From the NCBI GenBank assembly GCA_030141605.1, contig JAQGDQ010002405.1:1-64000 (forward strand): a DNA stretch of 64,000 nucleotides. The letters are read 5' to 3'. The stretch's first letter is position 1, and each line of letters begins with the position of its first letter. The notes below the pieces were generated by a model that saw only the letters and a program-made list of their open reading frames with translations, did not search any database and had not been told where the DNA came from. This DNA comes from Tubiluchus corallicola (lineage: Eukaryota; Animalia; Priapulida). Positions 18,704 to 29,498 of this stretch are shown here, piece after piece. The position numbers and the translations under genes are program-made.

Positions 18704-20281
18704 ATGAAAACACCTCTCCTCTCTCTTGTCGGTCAGCTCTTGACAATTTCAGCCACGACAGTTCAAAAAACACTGAACCACAAAACCCGTCTATCTCTGT
18801 TACTTCTGCTTTTCGCGACACATACGCCAGCCCAAAAACTACCCAATATCATATATGTTCTGGCAGATGACCTCGGATATGGAGACATCGAAGCATTCAA
18901 CCCCGACTCAAAAATCCCGACACCTTCCTTAAACAAATTGGCACAAGAGGGGATGATATTTACCGATGCACACACATCATCATCAGTATGCACCCCCACC
19001 CGTTATGGTATTTTAACCGGGCGTTACAATTGGCGCTCAACCCTAAAAAAAGGCGTTTTAAGTGGAAAATCGCCTGCACTAATTCCGAATGACAGGTCAA
19101 CAGTAGCCTCCATTTTGAAAAAGGCCGGTTACCATAATGCATGTATTGGAAAATGGCACTTGGGGTGGAACTGGGCAAAAGGTGAAGACGGAAACATTGA
19201 CTTTTCCAAAGAGATCACCCATACCCCCAACGACTTAGGCTTTGACTACGCTTACGCCCACTGTGGCTCACTTGACATGAGCCCTTATGTCTATGTCGAA
19301 AATGGAAAAGCCACTGCCATACCAACAGAAAAAACAGAAAGTAAAGATAAATATGGATGGTGGCGAAATGGCTTAACAGCACCAGATTTTATTCACGAGG
19401 ATGTAACTCCAAACTTCTTTCGGCGTAGCATCAAATATGTCCGGGAACATGCAGAAGGCAATAAGCCTTTCTTTCTTTACCTCCCTTTACCATCACCACA
19501 TACACCTATCTTACCCACAAAAGAGTGGAAAGGTAAGAGTGGGCTAAACCCATATGGTGACTTTGTGATGTTGATCGACAACTACATGGGACAGCTAATC
19601 GATGTCGTTAAAAAATCGGGAATAGAGGACAATACACTGATTATTTTTACATCAGACAATGGTTGCTCACCAGAAGCAGGATACCCCGAACTATTGGAAA
19701 AAGGGCATAATCCAAGCGCCACTTATCGGGGACATAAAGCCGATATTTTTGAAGGTGGGCATAGAGTCCCTTTCATCGCAAAATGGCCTAAAGTTATTAA
19801 AGCCGGCACCTCCTCAGACCAGGTGATTTGCACCACCGACCTCGCTGCCACCTGCGCCGAAATTACCGGACACAAACTACAAAGCAATGAAGCAGAGGAT
19901 AGTTACAGCATGATACCTCTATTTAAACAGACTGTTACTGGCAGAAACTACCGGGAAGCAACAGTACACCACTCCATTAACGGAAGCTTTGCCATTCGCA
20001 AAGGAGACTGGAAGCTCATTATGTGTCCCGGCTCAGGTGGATGGAGCTTCCCAAGACCTGAAAACAGCAAGGTAATCGAACAATTACCACTAGTGCAACT
20101 GTACAACTTGAAAGAAGACCCGGCTGAAAAAAGTAACATGCAGGAAAAACATCCTGAAAAGGTAACAGAACTCAGGAATCTGCTAACAAAATACATAGAA
20201 GAAGGGAGAAGCACACCGGGTGTATTGCAAAAAAATGATGGTGAAAAGATATGGAAACAGCTTTGGTGGATGAAAAACTAA
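18704..20281 (+). CDS. Arylsulfatase (formylglycine-dependent, Cys-type)
   Basis: PNIIYVLADDLGYGD, CTPTRYGILTGR (CxPxR), GKWHLG, SDNG, EGGHRVP. Confidence 0.93.
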   Translation: MKTPLLSLVGQLLTISATTVQKTLNHKTRLSLLLLLFATHTPAQKLPNIIYVLADDLGYGDIEAFNPDSKIPTPSLNKLAQEGMIFTDAHTSSSVCTPTRYGILTGRYNWRSTLKKGVLSGKSPALIPNDRSTVASILKKAGYHNACIGKWHLGWNWAKGEDGNIDFSKEITHTPNDLGFDYAYAHCGSLDMSPYVYVENGKATAIPTEKTESKDKYGWWRNGLTAPDFIHEDVTPNFFRRSIKYVREHAEGNKPFFLYLPLPSPHTPILPTKEWKGKSGLNPYGDFVMLIDNYMGQLIDVVKKSGIEDNTLIIFTSDNGCSPEAGYPELLEKGHNPSATYRGHKADIFEGGHRVPFIAKWPKVIKAGTSSDQVICTTDLAATCAEITGHKLQSNEAEDSYSMIPLFKQTVTGRNYREATVHHSINGSFAIRKGDWKLIMCPGSGGWSFPRPENSKVIEQLPLVQLYNLKEDPAEKSNMQEKHPEKVTELRNLLTKYIEEGRSTPGVLQKNDGEKIWKQLWWMKN

Positions 20282-20418
20282 AAAAATGAACCCTTTACAA
20301 GAGAGACAAAAAAAACCGGTTCCGATTGAGGAAAAACTCAATGATAAAAACACTCCCTATCGGCACAAATAGGGATCTTAACAAAAAGATTAATAAAAAA
20401 GATGAGCCTTACAGCCCC

Positions 20419-20880
20419 TTATCTGAGCCTGTCCAAAGAGCGTATCAGCGCCTCGTCCTTACCTATAGACCGTATTGCCAGATAGGTGAAAATAACCGCA
20501 ATAAGAGGCAAAATAACTCCTATTTGAAAACGGTAAGAACCACTTAGCAAATTTGCTCCATGACGGGAAAAATAGTAAATAACACCAGACAGACCCAAAT
20601 CCAAAAGAAGGCTAAGCACACACATGCGTATCTGCAAAATCCTCCTCTTGTACAAAAAAACGGCAAAAAACATTATCAATGTGCATATTGCAGCCATCAC
20701 CACGACAGGCCACCCGTCAAAAATAATGTTATGCTCATCACTATCTTCCCAAATACCTTTTATATCAAATTGATACAAATTACCGTCACTACCGGTAATT
20801 GTAGCAAACAAAACAAAAAACATTGCGCCAATCAACAAAAGTGATATCAATAAATATAATGTCTGAACTCTCTGCAACAT
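20419..20880 (-). CDS. DUF4293 family membrane protein
   Basis: Starts MLQRVQTLYL, ends DEALIRSLDRLR, with several TM helices. Confidence 0.85.
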   Translation of the reverse strand: MLQRVQTLYLLISLLLIGAMFFVLFATITGSDGNLYQFDIKGIWEDSDEHNIIFDGWPVVVMAAICTLIMFFAVFLYKRRILQIRMCVLSLLLDLGLSGVIYYFSRHGANLLSGSYRFQIGVILPLIAVIFTYLAIRSIGKDEALIRSLDRLR

Positions 20881-20957
20881 TCTGCACAAAAACTTTACAT
20901 AGCAATACAAAATGCTACTATCATAAACTCAACTAATAAAGCTACTCCTGGGTACAC

Positions 20958-21767
20958 TTAGTTGCCAAGTATCAGAGGCAAGCCATCTTTACCTGAACCA
21001 ATCACAACAACCTTGCTATTACCGGACAAAGCCAGCTCCAAAGTCGCTTCCAGACCTCGCTGCTTCAACACTCTCTCTGTAAGCGACGCATTAATTATAT
21101 TATTGTATTTTGCTATACCCTCAGCCTCAATACGCTTTCTCTCTGCCTCACTTTTCTCCTTGTCAAGCCTAAACTGGTATGCCAAAGCTTCCTGCTCCTG
21201 TTTCAGCTTGCTCTCAATAGCCTGCTTAATCTCATTAGGAAGGTTGATAGAGCGAATAAGCATAGCTCTCATATCTATATTGTTATTTTCCAGTACACTC
21301 TTGGTTTCTAACTCTATAGCCAACTCCACTTCTGCCCTTTTAGTAGAATAAATCTCCTCCGCCGTATAGCGGCCCGCAACCCGCCTTACTGTAGATCGCA
21401 CTTCAGGTATTATAAGACGATTGATATACCCCTTCCCAAAAACCTCATGCAAATATCCTATCCTATTGTATGTAGGATTGAAGCGCACAGAAACATTCAC
21501 ACTTATAGAAAGCCCGCTCTTGTCAAGTACATCAAGTGTCTCTTCCGCTTTTTGCTCTTTAACATCATACATGTAAAGGGTGTTCCACGGTGCTATAATA
21601 TGAAACCCCGGTGTATATACACTCTCCTTATCCAGCCCGGTAGAAAACTTGCGAAAAATAACAGCCCTCTCTCCGGGGTGAATAGTGAAAAACATACTAC
21701 TTCCGAAAAATATTATGATAAATAATACTGCCACCGCAGCAATAACATAAGTCTTTTTTAAATTCAT
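20958..21767 (-). CDS. Prohibitin/SPFH (band 7) family protein
   Basis: TM anchor, GFHIIAPWN, RYTAEEIYSTKR, AERKRIEAEG, GLPLILG. Confidence 0.9.
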   Translation of the reverse strand: MNLKKTYVIAAVAVLFIIIFFGSSMFFTIHPGERAVIFRKFSTGLDKESVYTPGFHIIAPWNTLYMYDVKEQKAEETLDVLDKSGLSISVNVSVRFNPTYNRIGYLHEVFGKGYINRLIIPEVRSTVRRVAGRYTAEEIYSTKRAEVELAIELETKSVLENNNIDMRAMLIRSINLPNEIKQAIESKLKQEQEALAYQFRLDKEKSEAERKRIEAEGIAKYNNIINASLTERVLKQRGLEATLELALSGNSKVVVIGSGKDGLPLILGN

Positions 21768-22121
21768 CTTTCCTTATTTTAAATTGTTAACAACACACGA
21801 AGGTGCTAATTTTTTTCAACCTATCCATAAAAAAACTGTTAAACATCTGTTAAAATATAAACCATAAAAACCTGAGTATTTACAAAGATACCATACTGCT
21901 TAACCTGCCTATCTGCTATTTTTTCATCATAAAATATCTTCAAAACCCCTAATTGCATCAACAAGTTACTGCCACTCACAAAGTTTTTCCTCCTCATAAG
22001 CAAAAATCTCCAGCTCCAAAAAACCTATAAAACACATGCCAGGACAACAAAGACTTGCAACACAATGAAATTTAAATAATTTTATATACTCAAGTAAAAC
22101 TATAAGAGGGAAAAACGGTAT

Positions 22122-23012
22122 ATGCACAAAATAAAACCTTCAGAACTCATCATAAACAGGGATGGAACAATCTTTCATCTCCATATGAAACCCAGAGACC
22201 TTGCAGAAAACGTTATATTGGTTGGAGATCCTGCTCGTGTAAAAGTAATATCGAACCACTTTGACACTATAAGCTATAGTGGCGGGAACAGGGAGTTCCT
22301 CAGCACAACAGGAACCTATAAAAACACAAAAATAACAGCACTATCTACAGGTATAGGCACAGACAATATTGATATTGTCATGAATGAGTTGGATGCCCTT
22401 GTAAATATTGATTTGAAAAAGAGGGTCCCCAAAAAGAGACACACAGCACTAAACGTTGTAAGAATAGGGACATCCGGCTCACTGCAAGAGGATACAGAAC
22501 TCAACTCATACATTGCGTCACAAAAAGCAATCGGCTTTGACGGATTACTCAACTATTATTCCGAAAGGATTAACATATCAGACTTAAAGCTTGAAAAGGC
22601 TTTCAAAAACCATACCGCGTGGAATAAAATGCTCTCATCTCCTTATGTGGTCGATGCCGACAGGCACCTCTTCAACAAAATTTGCAAAAAAGATATAGCT
22701 CCAGTAATTACTGTCTCTGCTCCGGGGTTTTATGGCCCACAAGGACGCGAACTGCGCCTGAAAGTTGTAGACAAAAACCTAAACAACAAACTAAAAACAT
22801 TTAGATATGAAGGGCTTAAAATAACCAACCTAGAAATGGAGTGCTCTGGCATATACGGCCTAAGCCGCTTACTAGGACACCGTGCCCTCACCGTGTGCAC
22901 AATAATAGCCAACAGAGCTTCGGGCGAAGCAAACGAAAACTACCACCCTATTGTGGAAAAACTAGTAGAAACAGTACTTAACAGGCTTGTAGAACAAAAC
23001 AACAGCTTATAA
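22122..23012 (+). CDS. Nucleoside (uridine-type) phosphorylase
   Basis: VGDPARV, STGIGTDN, RIGTSG, GFYGPQGR, NLEME motifs. Confidence 0.9.
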   Translation: MHKIKPSELIINRDGTIFHLHMKPRDLAENVILVGDPARVKVISNHFDTISYSGGNREFLSTTGTYKNTKITALSTGIGTDNIDIVMNELDALVNIDLKKRVPKKRHTALNVVRIGTSGSLQEDTELNSYIASQKAIGFDGLLNYYSERINISDLKLEKAFKNHTAWNKMLSSPYVVDADRHLFNKICKKDIAPVITVSAPGFYGPQGRELRLKVVDKNLNNKLKTFRYEGLKITNLEMECSGIYGLSRLLGHRALTVCTIIANRASGEANENYHPIVEKLVETVLNRLVEQNNSL

Positions 23013-23564
23013 ATAAAACCTGTATCCCGCATGTACCAGTAATCCGTTTGAATAAAACGGGTCATATATCACTTCAGTCGCTCTTGCTCCTTTAACACCA
23101 CCTATATCGATAAAACAGCCGGATCGCTTACTTATAAAAAATTCGAAACCGAGCAGTCCGTAAAATCCGGCATTATAATTGTCTGGCGAAAGCGCACATG
23201 GCGGAAACAGAAAAATAGCTCCAGCCTCTCCATAAAAGCGAGCAAAATCTGATACCTTCCTGCCTGCAAGAAGACCCATAGACACATTTGAATACGACCC
23301 CTGGGTCGCTATATAAGTATCTCCAGTGTCTCCCGTATATCTGAGGTACTCATTCCACATAAAATTCCCTCTCGCTCTGACAGCCACTAAATCTTTAAAA
23401 TATGGGCTTGTTATATGCATCCCAAACCCAAAATCCTTTTGATACTGCCCCAACTGAGCACCCACCGATAATCTACCGGTAAAATTCTTTTCCTGTGATT
23501 CTTGTGATATGGCTCCAACAGCAAAACACGATAGAATCAAAAATGTCAATAACGCCCTTCTCAT
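23007..23564 (-). CDS. Putative small outer-membrane beta-barrel protein
   Basis: Signal peptide, alternating beta strands, C-terminal GYRFYL. Confidence 0.65.
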   Translation of the reverse strand: MRRALLTFLILSCFAVGAISQESQEKNFTGRLSVGAQLGQYQKDFGFGMHITSPYFKDLVAVRARGNFMWNEYLRYTGDTGDTYIATQGSYSNVSMGLLAGRKVSDFARFYGEAGAIFLFPPCALSPDNYNAGFYGLLGFEFFISKRSGCFIDIGGVKGARATEVIYDPFYSNGLLVHAGYRFYL

Positions 23565-23677
23565 TTCTTTAACTTTTTATATCACTATGTGGCAAGAATA
23601 ATACTTGATATCGCAACTCTTACAAGTGCAAAATATAATTAGAATTTAAAAAATACTTCAACAAAAAATAGCTATAC

Positions 23678-25231
23678 CTATTTAGCATAATTCACAGCAC
23701 GGGTCTCCCTTATAACGGTAACTTTTACCTGCCCGGGATAAGTCATCTCATCCTGTATCTTTTTAGCTATATCGTACGACAACTGCTCCGTCTCATTATC
23801 AGTAAGCTTATCGCTTCCCACGATCACACGTAGCTCGCGCCCTGCCTGAATAGCATATGTTTTCACCACACCGGGATAAGATAGTGCCATCGCCTCAAGA
23901 TCCTTTAACCTCTTTATATACGACTCCACAGCCTCCCGGCGGGCACCCGGCCGGGCACCAGATATAGCATCACAAGCCTGTACTATTGGTGCAAGCAGAC
24001 TGGTCATCTCAACCTCATCATGATGAGAACCAATGGCATTGCAAATATCCGGCTTCTCCTTATACTTCTCCGCAAGATTCATACCCAATATTGAGTGAGG
24101 CAGTTCCGGCTCATCATCAGGCACCTTACCTATATCATGAAGCAGGCCTGCCCGCTTTGCGCGCTTAGGGTTCAGCCCAAGCTCCACTGCCATTATTGCA
24201 CACAAATTAGCTGTCTCTCGCGAATGCTGAAGCAGGTTTTGTCCATACGACGAACGATACTTCATCTTGCCTGTTAGCCTTATCAACTCAGGATGCATAC
24301 CGTGTATACCCAAATCAATACAAGTTCTTTTACCCGCCTCTACAACCTCCTCCTCAATCTGGGTCTTTATCTTATTCACAACCTCTTCGATACGGGCAGG
24401 GTGGATCCTCCCATCTGTTACAAGCCTGTGCAACGCAAGACGTGCAACCTCACGGCGAACTGGATCAAAGGCAGACAGCACTATAGCCTCAGGAGTGTCA
24501 TCTACCACTATCTCTACACCTGTAGCTGCTTCTAGAGCCCGTATATTACGCCCTTCACGCCCTATAATTCGCCCCTTTATCTCATCATTATCGATATGGA
24601 AAATAGTAACAGCATTCTCTATAGCCGTCTCTGTTGCCACCCTCTGTATGGACTTGATTATAACCTTCTTAGCCTCCTTGTTCGCAGTCATCTTGGCATC
24701 ATCCATTACCTCTTGAACATAAGACATAGCCTCACTCTTAGCCTCCCCTTTTAAAGACTCAACAAGCTGCTTTTTAGCCTCTTCAGCAGAAAGCTCCGAT
24801 ATCTGCTCCAACTGGTCTACCTGCCGCTTATGCATTTTGGCAAGCTCCTCTCTCTTTAACTCAACAGCCTTCAGTTGGTTATTAAAGTTTTGACGTACAG
24901 ACTCAACCTCCTTTTTGGAAATCTCAAAATCTTTTACCCTTTTCTGAAACTCATCCCTGCGCTGGATAAAAGATGCCTCTTTCTGCTTCAACCTGTTCTC
25001 CGCCTCGGAAACACCTACCCGCTTTTCATTTATATACTTCTCATGCTTTGCTTTCAACTGGATAAACTTCTCTTTTGCCTGAAGAATCCTCTTCTCTCTC
25101 AGCATCTCGGAATGAACCTCCGCCTCATTCAACAGCCTGCTCTTCTTCCTTCTTAAAGCAAAATTCCATATAAAATAGGAAGCAAGAACTCCAACTATAA
25201 AAGCAACAACTATAAACCCTGTTATTGACAT
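23678..25231 (-). CDS. rny: Ribonuclease Y
   Basis: TM anchor, coiled coil, KH domain ([13 protein letters not shown]), HD domain (AGLLHDIGK). Likely start ATG 25231. Confidence 0.97.
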   Translation of the reverse strand: MSITGFIVVAFIVGVLASYFIWNFALRRKKSRLLNEAEVHSEMLREKRILQAKEKFIQLKAKHEKYINEKRVGVSEAENRLKQKEASFIQRRDEFQKRVKDFEISKKEVESVRQNFNNQLKAVELKREELAKMHKRQVDQLEQISELSAEEAKKQLVESLKGEAKSEAMSYVQEVMDDAKMTANKEAKKVIIKSIQRVATETAIENAVTIFHIDNDEIKGRIIGREGRNIRALEAATGVEIVVDDTPEAIVLSAFDPVRREVARLALHRLVTDGRIHPARIEEVVNKIKTQIEEEVVEAGKRTCIDLGIHGMHPELIRLTGKMKYRSSYGQNLLQHSRETANLCAIMAVELGLNPKRAKRAGLLHDIGKVPDDEPELPHSILGMNLAEKYKEKPDICNAIGSHHDEVEMTSLLAPIVQACDAISGARPGARREAVESYIKRLKDLEAMALSYPGVVKTYAIQAGRELRVIVGSDKLTDNETEQLSYDIAKKIQDEMTYPGQVKVTVIRETRAVNYAK

Positions 25232-25265
25232 ATCTAATTTTAATTTAATTTTATGTTTTACATAC

Positions 25266-25340
25266 AAAAAAACCCGCTATCTCAACACTTCAAAGCACTG
25301 TATTTTTACAACTCGCTTTAAAAAGTAAAATGCGGGCAAA
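25266..25340 (-). ncRNA. Possible 6S-like RNA between zapA and rny
   Basis: Closing stem CCCGC...GCGGG followed by a U run, at the syntenic position where Bacteroidota 6S-type RNAs are reported. Short; boundaries uncertain. Confidence 0.4.
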
Positions 25341-25374
25341 TATCACCTACGGGTGTTATACTGCTACAGACTAT

Positions 25375-25662
25375 CTATTCCTCAAGATACCCCGCAAGCA
25401 GGTCATTCATCTCTTCAACCTCTTCCATCAAAGGCAATATATCGTTTCTGACATCAACGTCAAGCTTCTGTATTACAATATGTAATGCACACATAGCCAA
25501 ACAGTCCTGGCTATTCTTACTTGGGTAACGCTCCTTGTACTGCAACACCTTATCATTAATAACTTTCGCAGCCTTCCTTATCTTCTCCTCTTCATCCCTA
25601 CTTACACGCAGTGGGTAGGAACGATCAGCTATAATAATCTTTACTAAAAGTTTATCTTCCAT
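25375..25662 (-). CDS. zapA: Cell division protein ZapA
   Basis: IADRSYPL...EEEKIRKAAK...QDCLAMCAL, upstream of rny. Confidence 0.88.
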   Translation of the reverse strand: MEDKLLVKIIIADRSYPLRVSRDEEEKIRKAAKVINDKVLQYKERYPSKNSQDCLAMCALHIVIQKLDVDVRNDILPLMEEVEEMNDLLAGYLEE

Positions 25663-25675
25663 CTCTATAAACTAC

Positions 25676-25972
25676 TCAATCACTCATTAAGGCAATACAA
25701 CTATCAATCTCCCGTACAATTTTACTTATTTTAGCTTTGGCATTACTAGGATCTTCAAGTCCCAGCAACGACTTTGCAAACTCCATCTCCTCATTCTTTT
25801 TATCAAGAGCCGCCCCCTTTTGGCTAAGAAGATCTATCTGCTCCTGCAGTCCCACATTCTTTTCTATCAGTCGGCTATTCTCCATCTTTATCCGATCACA
25901 CAACCCAATCAGCCTCCTAATATTCTCCCTAAATTCAGTCAATAAAGCAAGCTCTCGTTCTGTCATAATCAC
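25676..25972 (-). CDS. ZapB-like coiled-coil protein
   Basis: Coiled coil ending KISKIVREIDSCIALM, in the conserved position upstream of zapA. Confidence 0.75.
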   Translation of the reverse strand: MIMTERELALLTEFRENIRRLIGLCDRIKMENSRLIEKNVGLQEQIDLLSQKGAALDKKNEEMEFAKSLLGLEDPSNAKAKISKIVREIDSCIALMSD

Positions 25973-26043
25973 AGATTTATTTACAAAGCTAACACTATTT
26001 AAATAAAATGAAAATCTATAGGCAAGTTAAAAGCACTACACTA

Positions 26044-26151
26044 TTACCATAACACCTACTTTTACCATAACACCTACTTTTACCATAACACCTACTTTTA
26101 CCATAACACCTACTTTTACCATAACACCTACTTTTACCATAACACCTACTT
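26044..26151. repeat. 18-bp perfect tandem repeat x6
   Basis: TTACCATAACACCTACTT at 26044, 26062, 26080, 26098, 26116 and 26134. Confidence 0.97.
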
Positions 26152-26883
26152 TTTTAAAGAAGCTTTGTTAAAAATATACCCAGGAATATCAACATTAAAC
26201 TCTATTTTATCAATAATAAACTCTGTCCCCTTTCCCTGCTTTAGCATATCCTTAAAAATAAGTCTTTTAGGATACCATCTCCCATCAATATTGGTAATAT
26301 CAAACATCTCTGTTCTCTTTAAAAGCTTACCACTTTTAGCAAAAAGCTCCTCTTTCACCGGCACAAACCGCTCACTATCTACCCACAACTTACGCTTGTA
26401 ATATGCAACGCCTTCCCTCTTGGCAGTAAGGTTAACTATCAGACAGTCCCTCCCCTCTATCTGCTCCTCTCCAACAACAACAGCATCATAATGAAGTGCC
26501 AACTCCTGCTCTTCCATCATATCTTCATACGACAAGTCAGAACCCATAACAGACTGACGCAACATATGACCTGATATTTGAATAATACGGTCCGTCGAAG
26601 GAGAGTAAATCCACAACCTATCTCCCTGCTTAAGCATCTTTGTGCCCTTCTCCCTTGCGGGAGAAAAATACTCGGTAAACCCATTATCCTCCCCTTCCGA
26701 CCAGGTTTTAAACTCCATAGTACGACTTAAACGCCTTCCATGGACAATCATTTTTGCCACAATAACGCTATTCGTCGAAGTCATATTTTTATCAATACGC
26801 GCCAAAACATCTTTCCCTTCAGGATACCCGCCCAAAGCAAAAAGAGGCAACATCATAAAAACCACTATCAATTTTCTTACCAT
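26146..26883 (-). CDS. LolA-like outer membrane lipoprotein-sorting protein
   Basis: SPAREKGTKMLK...LWIYSP...MGSDLSYED...GKLLK; adjacent to ABC permeases. Confidence 0.85.
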   Translation of the reverse strand: MVRKLIVVFMMLPLFALGGYPEGKDVLARIDKNMTSTNSVIVAKMIVHGRRLSRTMEFKTWSEGEDNGFTEYFSPAREKGTKMLKQGDRLWIYSPSTDRIIQISGHMLRQSVMGSDLSYEDMMEEQELALHYDAVVVGEEQIEGRDCLIVNLTAKREGVAYYKRKLWVDSERFVPVKEELFAKSGKLLKRTEMFDITNIDGRWYPKRLIFKDMLKQGKGTEFIIDKIEFNVDIPGYIFNKASLKK

Positions 26884-27051
26884 ATCTGCTCTTAACTTTT
26901 ACACTACCTATACACCTGACCTCGACCTTGCAAAACTCATCTCTTTTACACTTCCGTCAAAAATACTCACTTGCCTCTGTAAATTGCGACTCTTACACTG
27001 TTACCCTTCAGACTGAACCACACTTTACACTACAAAAAACAGCCTCATAGC

Positions 27052-28329
27052 TTAATTCTCAAGCTCTTTAAACAAACCTGCCGTCCCGCGCCTGTATATC
27101 CCTATCCCGGAAAGCATTGCCCCCATTACGGTTGAAAGCATGCCCGGCACAAGCCCTATATAAAAAGCCTCCGGGGTTATGCGTGCCCTGTAAACCGTCG
27201 GTATCATCATACTTACATTCTTCATTACTTTGGAAAAATCAATCCCGTAGCTCTGTAGCCACCAAGCCAATAACAAACCTGCAAACGTACCCAAAATAGA
27301 GCCTGTAACACCTACAATAACAGACTCCCCAACCAGGGATCCATAAATATGCCCTCTACCCTCGCCTACAGCCAGCCGAAGCCCAAACTCACCATAGCGG
27401 CGCAATCCCCCAAGAATCCCAGCATTCCAAAGGACTATTGACATTATTACAATAAACACGGTAGAAACAATAGCTCCCATATTTTTTGCCATTGAAAGCA
27501 TCTGCCCCAAATACTGCCTACCACTTAGCGCAACCATAACCGGAGCAAACTCATCATCAGACCCTGCATGCCTCTTGTTAAAAGTACTGGAAATAGCTAC
27601 GGCAAGCTTATCATTATAATAACCATCATCAAAGTACCCCAGTATCTCACCCGCTGCATCATGCATGTCAAGTATAAGCCTTGCATCAGAAATATCAACT
27701 ATTATGGTACCCCTGTCAAGGTAAGCAGAACCAAAATTCACAGTTCCGACTAGCGTCAAATTATAAAACGCCATACCACCATGCATAGTAGAGCTTATTA
27801 TTGTTATATTATCACCGGGAGATACCCCCATCTTCACAGCAAAACTATCACTTAAAAGAACCTCTCCCGGCAACTCAGGTATACGCCCACCTTTCACAAG
27901 CGAACGGGATATGTTCAGGCGCTCAAGCTCCCCCTGATTATCATTAAAAAGATCTATAGCAATACCGCTAACCGGGCCTTGTGACTTTGTCTCCCCTAGC
28001 TCATCAGGAACATCCAGCAACCCGCCAAGGCGGATCCGCTCCACCCAGTGCATATCAGGATAGATCTCCTTCAACTCATCTACCAACCCGGAAACATCCA
28101 TCAGTGCAAGATCATTAGGTACCTGCTCTTCATGATCGGCATATGGCCCGGACATCACTTTAACATGCCCAGTGCTAAAACGCGCATTCATATCTATACC
28201 GTTGCTCACCACACCCTCAACCCAACACGACAGAAGAACGGTCAGCATAACTCCCAGGCTAACAATTATCACAGGCAACTTACTGCGCTGCTTATCCCGG
28301 AACAATCCTCTATACAAAAATAGTATCAT
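27052..28329 (-). CDS. ABC transporter permease (FtsX/LolC-E-like)
   Basis: TM1, large periplasmic domain, RRYGEFGLRLAVG, then three TMs. Confidence 0.87.
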   Translation of the reverse strand: MILFLYRGLFRDKQRSKLPVIIVSLGVMLTVLLSCWVEGVVSNGIDMNARFSTGHVKVMSGPYADHEEQVPNDLALMDVSGLVDELKEIYPDMHWVERIRLGGLLDVPDELGETKSQGPVSGIAIDLFNDNQGELERLNISRSLVKGGRIPELPGEVLLSDSFAVKMGVSPGDNITIISSTMHGGMAFYNLTLVGTVNFGSAYLDRGTIIVDISDARLILDMHDAAGEILGYFDDGYYNDKLAVAISSTFNKRHAGSDDEFAPVMVALSGRQYLGQMLSMAKNMGAIVSTVFIVIMSIVLWNAGILGGLRRYGEFGLRLAVGEGRGHIYGSLVGESVIVGVTGSILGTFAGLLLAWWLQSYGIDFSKVMKNVSMMIPTVYRARITPEAFYIGLVPGMLSTVMGAMLSGIGIYRRGTAGLFKELEN

Positions 28330-29498
28330 TGTAGCCTTCCTCTTATTGCATCAGTCGGGTTCATGTTCGATATCTTCCCGGATGGCAGATAGCTTACAAC
28401 TGTTGTTGCTATCACTATAAAAGCAATAGTACCCAGCACTAGACCCAAACCATACTCGGGATATATAATTTCCGCAATAGCCAAGCCATACTCATCACTA
28501 CCAGCAGGCATTGAATAGCCTTTTGCAGAAGTGTAATAGAACAGTGGTAATCCGTAAACTGCAGCCATAAATAGCGCAAACAAAGAGTTCATAGCTCCCT
28601 CAAGAGTAAAAAGCCACACAACACCTCGCCGGGTCATTCCTAAAGCCATGAACAGCCCAATCTCTTTCTGCCGCCTGAAGACCGATAAAACCTGTGTGTC
28701 AAACACAGCAAGCATAGCTAACGCCATAAGAACCACATAAAGCACCGAACCGCCAATCGACTTCGATTTTATAACCCGGGTAAGATCAACAGTAAGCTCA
28801 TCCACCGACTTATAACTCCAACCTCCCATATCCGACAACTCCCGATATTCGGAAGACACTACAAGCATGGTAGCTTCACCAGGCAGCTGCAGCATGCCTT
28901 GCAACCCTTCCAAAGAGAGCCACACAACACCCATATCTACAGCAGGAACATTGGTGTCAAACACATCTGCAATCACTATCTCAGTCGCATCAAATGTGCC
29001 ATTAGAGTCACGCCACCTAACAAGAACTATATCTCCCTTATCAAGCTCACAGCTTTTAGCCATCCTCTTGCCTATCAGCGCTGAAGCTAAAAAACCACCA
29101 CCCTTCAGAACTGAAGTCGGAAGCTCCAAAACGGTCTGCTCCGGAGGAATACCCTTTAATATTACCGACTGCATCCTACCCGCAGGATATAATGTGCCTT
29201 GTGAAATAACAATAGGCACAACAGCTCCGCTATCCACCACCTGCTGTAACTCTTCCGGAATAGGCGCATGACAGCTTTCAAGTGTAAATGGATCATAAGG
29301 ATCGTAATCGGGATGCCAAAACTGACCTCCGCCAACCTCCCACGCAATCATATCACGCTTAGCCTGCATATCCCAGCCATCTATAATACCCTGATGCCAT
29401 ATAATCAAAACATATGACAAAGAGAGAACAAAAGCGTTGAGCCATACTCTGAGCCCCGCCCCTAAAAGGTTTCTAAGTGCTAACTTAAATATCGGCAC
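28326..29498 (-). CDS. ABC transporter permease (FtsX/LolC-E-like)
   Basis: KLALRNLL start, RRQKEIGLFMALGM, MNPTDAIRG end; overlaps the next permease by 4 bp. Confidence 0.88.
   Translation of the reverse strand: MPIFKLALRNLLGAGLRVWLNAFVLSLSYVLIIWHQGIIDGWDMQAKRDMIAWEVGGGQFWHPDYDPYDPFTLESCHAPIPEELQQVVDSGAVVPIVISQGTLYPAGRMQSVILKGIPPEQTVLELPTSVLKGGGFLASALIGKRMAKSCELDKGDIVLVRWRDSNGTFDATEIVIADVFDTNVPAVDMGVVWLSLEGLQGMLQLPGEATMLVVSSEYRELSDMGGWSYKSVDELTVDLTRVIKSKSIGGSVLYVVLMALAMLAVFDTQVLSVFRRQKEIGLFMALGMTRRGVVWLFTLEGAMNSLFALFMAAVYGLPLFYYTSAKGYSMPAGSDEYGLAIAEIIYPEYGLGLVLGTIAFIVIATTVVSYLPSGKISNMNPTDAIRGRLQ

Noticed and set aside
26044-26151. CRISPR or iteron array
   Set aside because: Contiguous 18-mers with no spacers, and no rep or cas gene.
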